The translations under genes were made by a program, and so were the position numbers. A DNA stretch of 64,000 nt from an uncultured Acidimicrobiales bacterium (GTDB taxonomy: Bacteria > Actinomycetota > Acidimicrobiia > Acidimicrobiales > SZUA-35): the NCBI GenBank assembly GCA_963698395.1, contig CAVOQQ010000006.1:482098-546097 (forward strand), given 5' to 3'. The notes beneath the pieces were generated by a model that worked only from the letters and a program-made list of their open reading frames with translations, was not told the DNA's origin and made no database searches. Positions 59,910 to 64,000 of the stretch are shown here, one piece after another (position 1 is the first letter of the stretch; each line of letters opens with the position of its first letter).

Positions 59910-62354
59910 TCAGCGACCGCGGTGCACTCGCCGGGTTGGTCGTCCTCGACGCGAGCGATCACGTTGCCGGGCGTTATGCCGCTCGTCTCTTCGCCGACCA
60001 CGGCGCCGAGGTCGAACTCCTCGAGGGACGTCCGGGTCACCAGACCCTCGGTCGTCACGCCTACCAGCCAGGGGAAGCGCCGAGCGGTGAATCGGCCCTG
60101 TTCCGCCACCTCGACACCGGCAAGTACGTGACCGGTCGGAGCGGTCTCGACGAGGCAAACCCCGCTGACCACCCCGACATCGTGTCGGCAGCCGGGCGGG
60201 TCGATGTGGTCGTCGTTTCCAATCCGGCACTGGCCGACGCCATCGTCGATCGGACCAGCGGTGGCACCGGCAGTGGACCGTTGGTCGGACTCGTCACCGA
60301 GTTCGGACGCGAAGGCCCGTACGTGAACTGGCAGGGGAGCGAGCTGGTGCACCAGGCGCTGTCGGGCTCGATGTTCATGAATGGGTTGGTCGGGCAACCT
60401 CCGCTCTATGGCTATGGCATGCGCACGTCCTACGCCGCAGGCAGCTATCTCTACGCAGGATTGGTGGCCGGCTTGATCGCTGCGCATGCGAGCCGGCGAG
60501 AAGCCGCCGGCGATGGTCGAAGTCACCGTGCACGAGTGCGCGGCCGCCATGGAGCAGAACTTTTCCGGCCAGTGGAACTACAACCGAACCCTGACCTTCC
60601 GAGATGAGATGGCCAGGCCGAAGGGGCGGGTGCAGTGCTCCGACGGCTGGGTCGTCTACTTCCTGCGGCCGGACCAATGGACCACGTACTGCCGGCTGCT
60701 GGACCGCGTCGATCTCATCGACGATCCACGGTTCGCCGAGTGGTCGAGCCTGTCGGTTCGCTGGCGTGAGGCCGAAGGCGAACTTCGCAACAGCGGCCGA
60801 CACTTGCGTGTGGTTGACATGGTGGAGGGCGCCGCCGAGCATGGCTTGATCCTCGCCCCGCTCCGCGAACCGGCAAGCCAATTCGACGACCCGCAGCTCG
60901 CCGCCCGTGGCTACTGGCAGTGGGTGGAGTGGCCCGAGGCGGGGCGTCAGCGTGCGCTCGGACCGTTGTACCGAATGAGCCGAACGCCGATGATCGCACC
61001 GGCTCCGGTCCTCGAACGCAACGCCGCCCGGGAAGTCGAGACACCGTGGACGCACACCGCCAAGGGTCTCGGTTTCCTCGGATCACTCGACGCCGAGGCC
61101 AAACCGTTGGTCGGGGTGCGGGTCCTCGATCTGACGGTGGCGTGGGCAGGTCCGATGGCCGGAAGGCATCTGGCGATGCTCGGTGCCGACGTCATCAAGG
61201 TCGAGGGCCCGACTCGGGTCGACACGTGGCGTGGCGAGGTCGAGTCTCCGTCTCGTACCCACCTCTATCCGCATGGCGTACCGGGCGACCGTCCCTACGA
61301 CCGGAGTTGCTGGTTCAACTCGCAGAATCACGACAAGTCGACCGTCGTGGTCGACACGAAGACCGCCGACGGGCTTGCGCTCGTTCGGCGCTTGGGTGAA
61401 AAGGCCGACATCGTGCTCGTGAACTACACCCCGGGTGCGCTCGACCGCATGGGGCTTGGCTACGCAGAGCTGGTGACCACCAATCCCGAGGTCATCGTCG
61501 TCGAGATGCCGGCCTTCGGTACCGGCGGGCCGCAGTCGTCGTTGAAGGGGCTCGGTCCCACGATGGAGGCGATGGCGGGGCTGGCGTCGCTCATCGGGTA
61601 TCCCGACTCCGGGCCACTCGGTTCGGGCAGCGCCTACCTCGATCCGGTCGGCGGTCTTCACGGGGCGGCCGCCTGCCTCACGGCGTTGGCCGCGAGGATC
61701 AAGTCCGGTGGGGGACAGCACGTCGAGGTCGCCCAGCGGGAAGCGGCCATGCACTGGGCGGGCGAGGTCTTCTTGGCTGCCGATCGTGGCGCATCCCCAC
61801 CGGTTGCCGTCGGCAACGATCGTCCGGAGCGGGCACCCCATGGCGCCTATCCGACCCGGGGAATCGACGAGTGGATTGCGATCGAGGCGTCAGACGACGC
61901 ATCGTTTGCCGCACTGTGTCGTCAGCTCGGAGTACCGGCGGTCTCGAGCGACCAACGCTACGACTCGGCGGACTCGCGATGGGCGAATCGGCGAGCGCTG
62001 GATGCGGACCTTGCTGCCGAAACCGCTCGGTTCGACCGGCACGAGCTCGCAAGCCGACTCCAGGCCGCCGGTGTGCCTGCCGCCCCTGTCCAGCACGGTG
62101 GCGACCTCGTCGGCGATCCACACCTGAACGCCAACGGCTGGTTCACTCCACTCGACCATCCCAGCGTCGGCCGCTACAGCTATCCGGGCCTTCCCTACGT
62201 CTTCGATGGCAAGCGGCTGACCCACCGGCGTGCGTCGCCGACCTACGGGCAACACAATCACGACGTCATCGTCGGCTTTCTCGGCCGCAGCGAGGCCGAG
62301 TACCAGGGCCTCGTCGATCGCGGCGTCGTCAGCGACGTACCACGAGCGGGTTGA
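59906..62354 (+). pseudogene. Tandem (double) family III CoA-transferase (CaiB/BaiF), frameshifted near 60491-60497
   Basis: ATG 59906 overlaps the upstream stop (ATGA). Domain 1 starts LAGLVVLDASDHVAGRYAARLFADHGAEV and changes frame at AGCCGGC (...LIAAHAS | GEKPPAMVEVTVHECAAAMEQNF...). Domain 2 starts LVGVRVLDLTVAWAGPMAGRHLAMLGADVIKVE. Track ORFs 59906..60607 and 60486..62354 overlap in different frames. Confidence 0.7.
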
Positions 62355-62426
62355 TCGTACGTCCAGGCCATGCAGCACGCTGCTGGCCGGCCGCGTCTCG
62401 CCCTGATCGGTCTTGGCGTGGTTCGT

Positions 62427-63068
62427 TCAACGACGCACGCTGTCGGTCAGGACCGGCCAGGGAATCAGGCCCAGGCGTGGAATCCTGCGTTGGTGGGTGA
62501 CGTCGAATCCGCCGCGTCGGAGCAGGGAACGGAGTCGGTGGGGCGGAAGCGCCCGAATCGGCCGTCGTCCGATCGAGGAGAGGTGACGGAGGGCGTCGTC
62601 GCCGATGCTGCTCGTCGTCGCAATCGATGCGATCAGCAGCCGGCCCCCGGGTCGGATCACGTCAGCAAGCCCCCGGAGCGTTTCCCTCTGATCCTCGTAC
62701 CAGTGGAACGACTCGGTGCACACGACGACGTCGACCGACCCCGGTCGGAGGGGCAGCCGCTGGGCGTCGGCTCGAACGAGTCCGGTACCCGGTGTCGCTG
62801 TTCGACCGAGACGCGTTGCCGCCGCCGACAGCATGCCGGGGGAGAGGTCGAGGCCGACGACCGCGCACTCGGGGAATCGCTCGACCAGCCGCTGCGTGAG
62901 CTGACCCGTGCCACACCCGAGGTCGACGATCACCTTCGGCTCGACCGAGCTCAGGCGATCGAGGATGGCATCGTGGATCGGACGGTACGTGAGCGCCTGG
63001 AGGCCGACCTGGTCGTACGTCGAGGACCACTGATCGAAGAACGAGGGGGACGGGGACGTCGTTGCCAT
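62427..63068 (-). CDS. Class I SAM-dependent methyltransferase
   Basis: ATG 63068 (MATTSPSPSFFDQWSSTYD...). SAM motif VIVDLGCGTGQLTQ, followed by IRPGGRLLIAS. Confidence 0.8.
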   Translation of the reverse strand: MATTSPSPSFFDQWSSTYDQVGLQALTYRPIHDAILDRLSSVEPKVIVDLGCGTGQLTQRLVERFPECAVVGLDLSPGMLSAAATRLGRTATPGTGLVRADAQRLPLRPGSVDVVVCTESFHWYEDQRETLRGLADVIRPGGRLLIASIATTSSIGDDALRHLSSIGRRPIRALPPHRLRSLLRRGGFDVTHQRRIPRLGLIPWPVLTDSVRR

Positions 63069-63128
63069 GACCGCACCATGGCACAACGCTCAGGTGTCGA
63101 GCTGGTCGACGCGGCGAAGAGAGGCCGA

Positions 63129-63992
63129 TCAGGGGTCGAGCTGGTCGACGCGACGGATGCCCTTGCGGCTCAACACCACTCGGGCGGCGTTCCACGGCGT
63201 GCTCGCTCCCGTTGGAGACAGGCGGTGGAGAATCGTGACGTCGTAGGCCCGGGGGAGCGTCGACTTGATCAGCTTCCCGGATTCCGGGTCGGCCAGGGTG
63301 ACGCTCCTCGATGGGTCGTCGGTGTGCGTCAGCCACCGGGCGACGTCGAGGCGAAGGATTTCGGTGAGCGAATCGAAGCGAGGGTCGATCGCCCTCACGA
63401 GCGCAGCATCGACGGTCGTCACCTTGCGGTGATGGAGGATCGAATCGAGTTCGAGAATCTCGCCGAGCGAATCTCGCTGGAGATCGCGGCGGAAATCTGC
63501 CACCTCTGGTGGGAGGCCATCAGGCTGGACGAACTGATACTTCTCCTCGGCAGCGGCGACCTGCTCGCCGGCGGCGCCTCGTCGGACGATCCACTTTCGG
63601 TTTGGGTAGCGGCGCTCGATGAAGCCATCGGAGCGCTCCTGGAGTGTCGCCTTGATCCGGTCCTTGCCTATGTACGCCAACACGACCAGGCCACCCCAGA
63701 CCCACACATCGGCCGCATCGTTCGGCGCGCCGTAGAGCAGCGCAGCGACGACGGCGAAGGTCATCGCGAGGCCGGCAGCGATCGAGTGGAGCGCGTGTTC
63801 GGCGTTTCGCCTGGCGTCGCCGGGCTTCGAGTCGAGCCACAGCACCGAGGAGGTCAACCGCTTCAACGCGTGCCGATGGCGCTCGACCTGTTCGAGTTCG
63901 AAGGTGCTGCTGTCGGATGACACACTCGGACCCTCTCCCTCCACCGCTCGGTGTCGAGCCTCAGCGACGGCGGCGAGCCTGACCCGTTCCAC
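63129..63992 (-). CDS. Hypothetical membrane-associated protein (5' end may lie beyond the window)
   Basis: 287-aa ORF with two central hydrophobic helices (IAAGLAMTFAVVAALLYG, VWVWGGLVVLAYIG). The frame stays open upstream to position 64000. I recognise no family. Confidence 0.4.
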   Translation of the reverse strand: MERVRLAAVAEARHRAVEGEGPSVSSDSSTFELEQVERHRHALKRLTSSVLWLDSKPGDARRNAEHALHSIAAGLAMTFAVVAALLYGAPNDAADVWVWGGLVVLAYIGKDRIKATLQERSDGFIERRYPNRKWIVRRGAAGEQVAAAEEKYQFVQPDGLPPEVADFRRDLQRDSLGEILELDSILHHRKVTTVDAALVRAIDPRFDSLTEILRLDVARWLTHTDDPSRSVTLADPESGKLIKSTLPRAYDVTILHRLSPTGASTPWNAARVVLSRKGIRRVDQLDP

Positions 63993-64000
63993 CGCCGGAG

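Overview
High-G+C window with strong GC3 codon bias. It looks like an actinobacterial (Actinomycetota/Acidimicrobiia-like) chromosome segment, gene-dense on both strands, with many 4-nt ATGA start/stop overlaps. I recognise no rRNA, tRNA, CRISPR array, transposase or prophage. Most genes concern lipid and xenobiotic catabolism: 2 acyl-CoA synthetases, 2 intact acyl-CoA dehydrogenases, an enoyl-CoA hydratase, SDRs, a hot-dog hydratase, a double CaiB-type CoA-transferase, 2 Baeyer-Villiger monooxygenases, 3 PhyH-type dioxygenases, a P450 and 2 sulfatases. Envelope and membrane genes are mixed in: MscS, LemA/DUF2207, an MFS pump, a K+ channel, OmpA-like, CPBP and HTTM-like proteins. The items most worth a second look are these. 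(1) An AhpD/CMD-family gene has a single in-frame TGA exactly where the second Cys of its CxxC motif should be, followed by a hairpin, so it is either a CxxU selenoprotein or a nonsense allele. (2) A four-gene, translationally coupled module (51.0-56.3 kb) encodes uncharacterised envelope-spanning proteins and ends in a CPBP protease. (3) An FHA-like/2-TM/FtsK-like protein with degenerate Walker A motifs is coupled to an OmpA-like protein. (4) A 748-aa eukaryote-type duplicated phosphofructokinase. (5) An acyl-CoA dehydrogenase plus APH-type kinase pair lies divergent from a degenerate EBP-type regulator, resembling Lva and ACAD10/11. (6) Several short tandem-repeat arrays and perfect palindromes sit in intergenic regions. 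(7) At least four genes are disrupted by indels or a deletion, which means either gene decay or assembly errors. Many long ORFs in the supplied track are antisense shadow ORFs typical of high-GC DNA and are not called.
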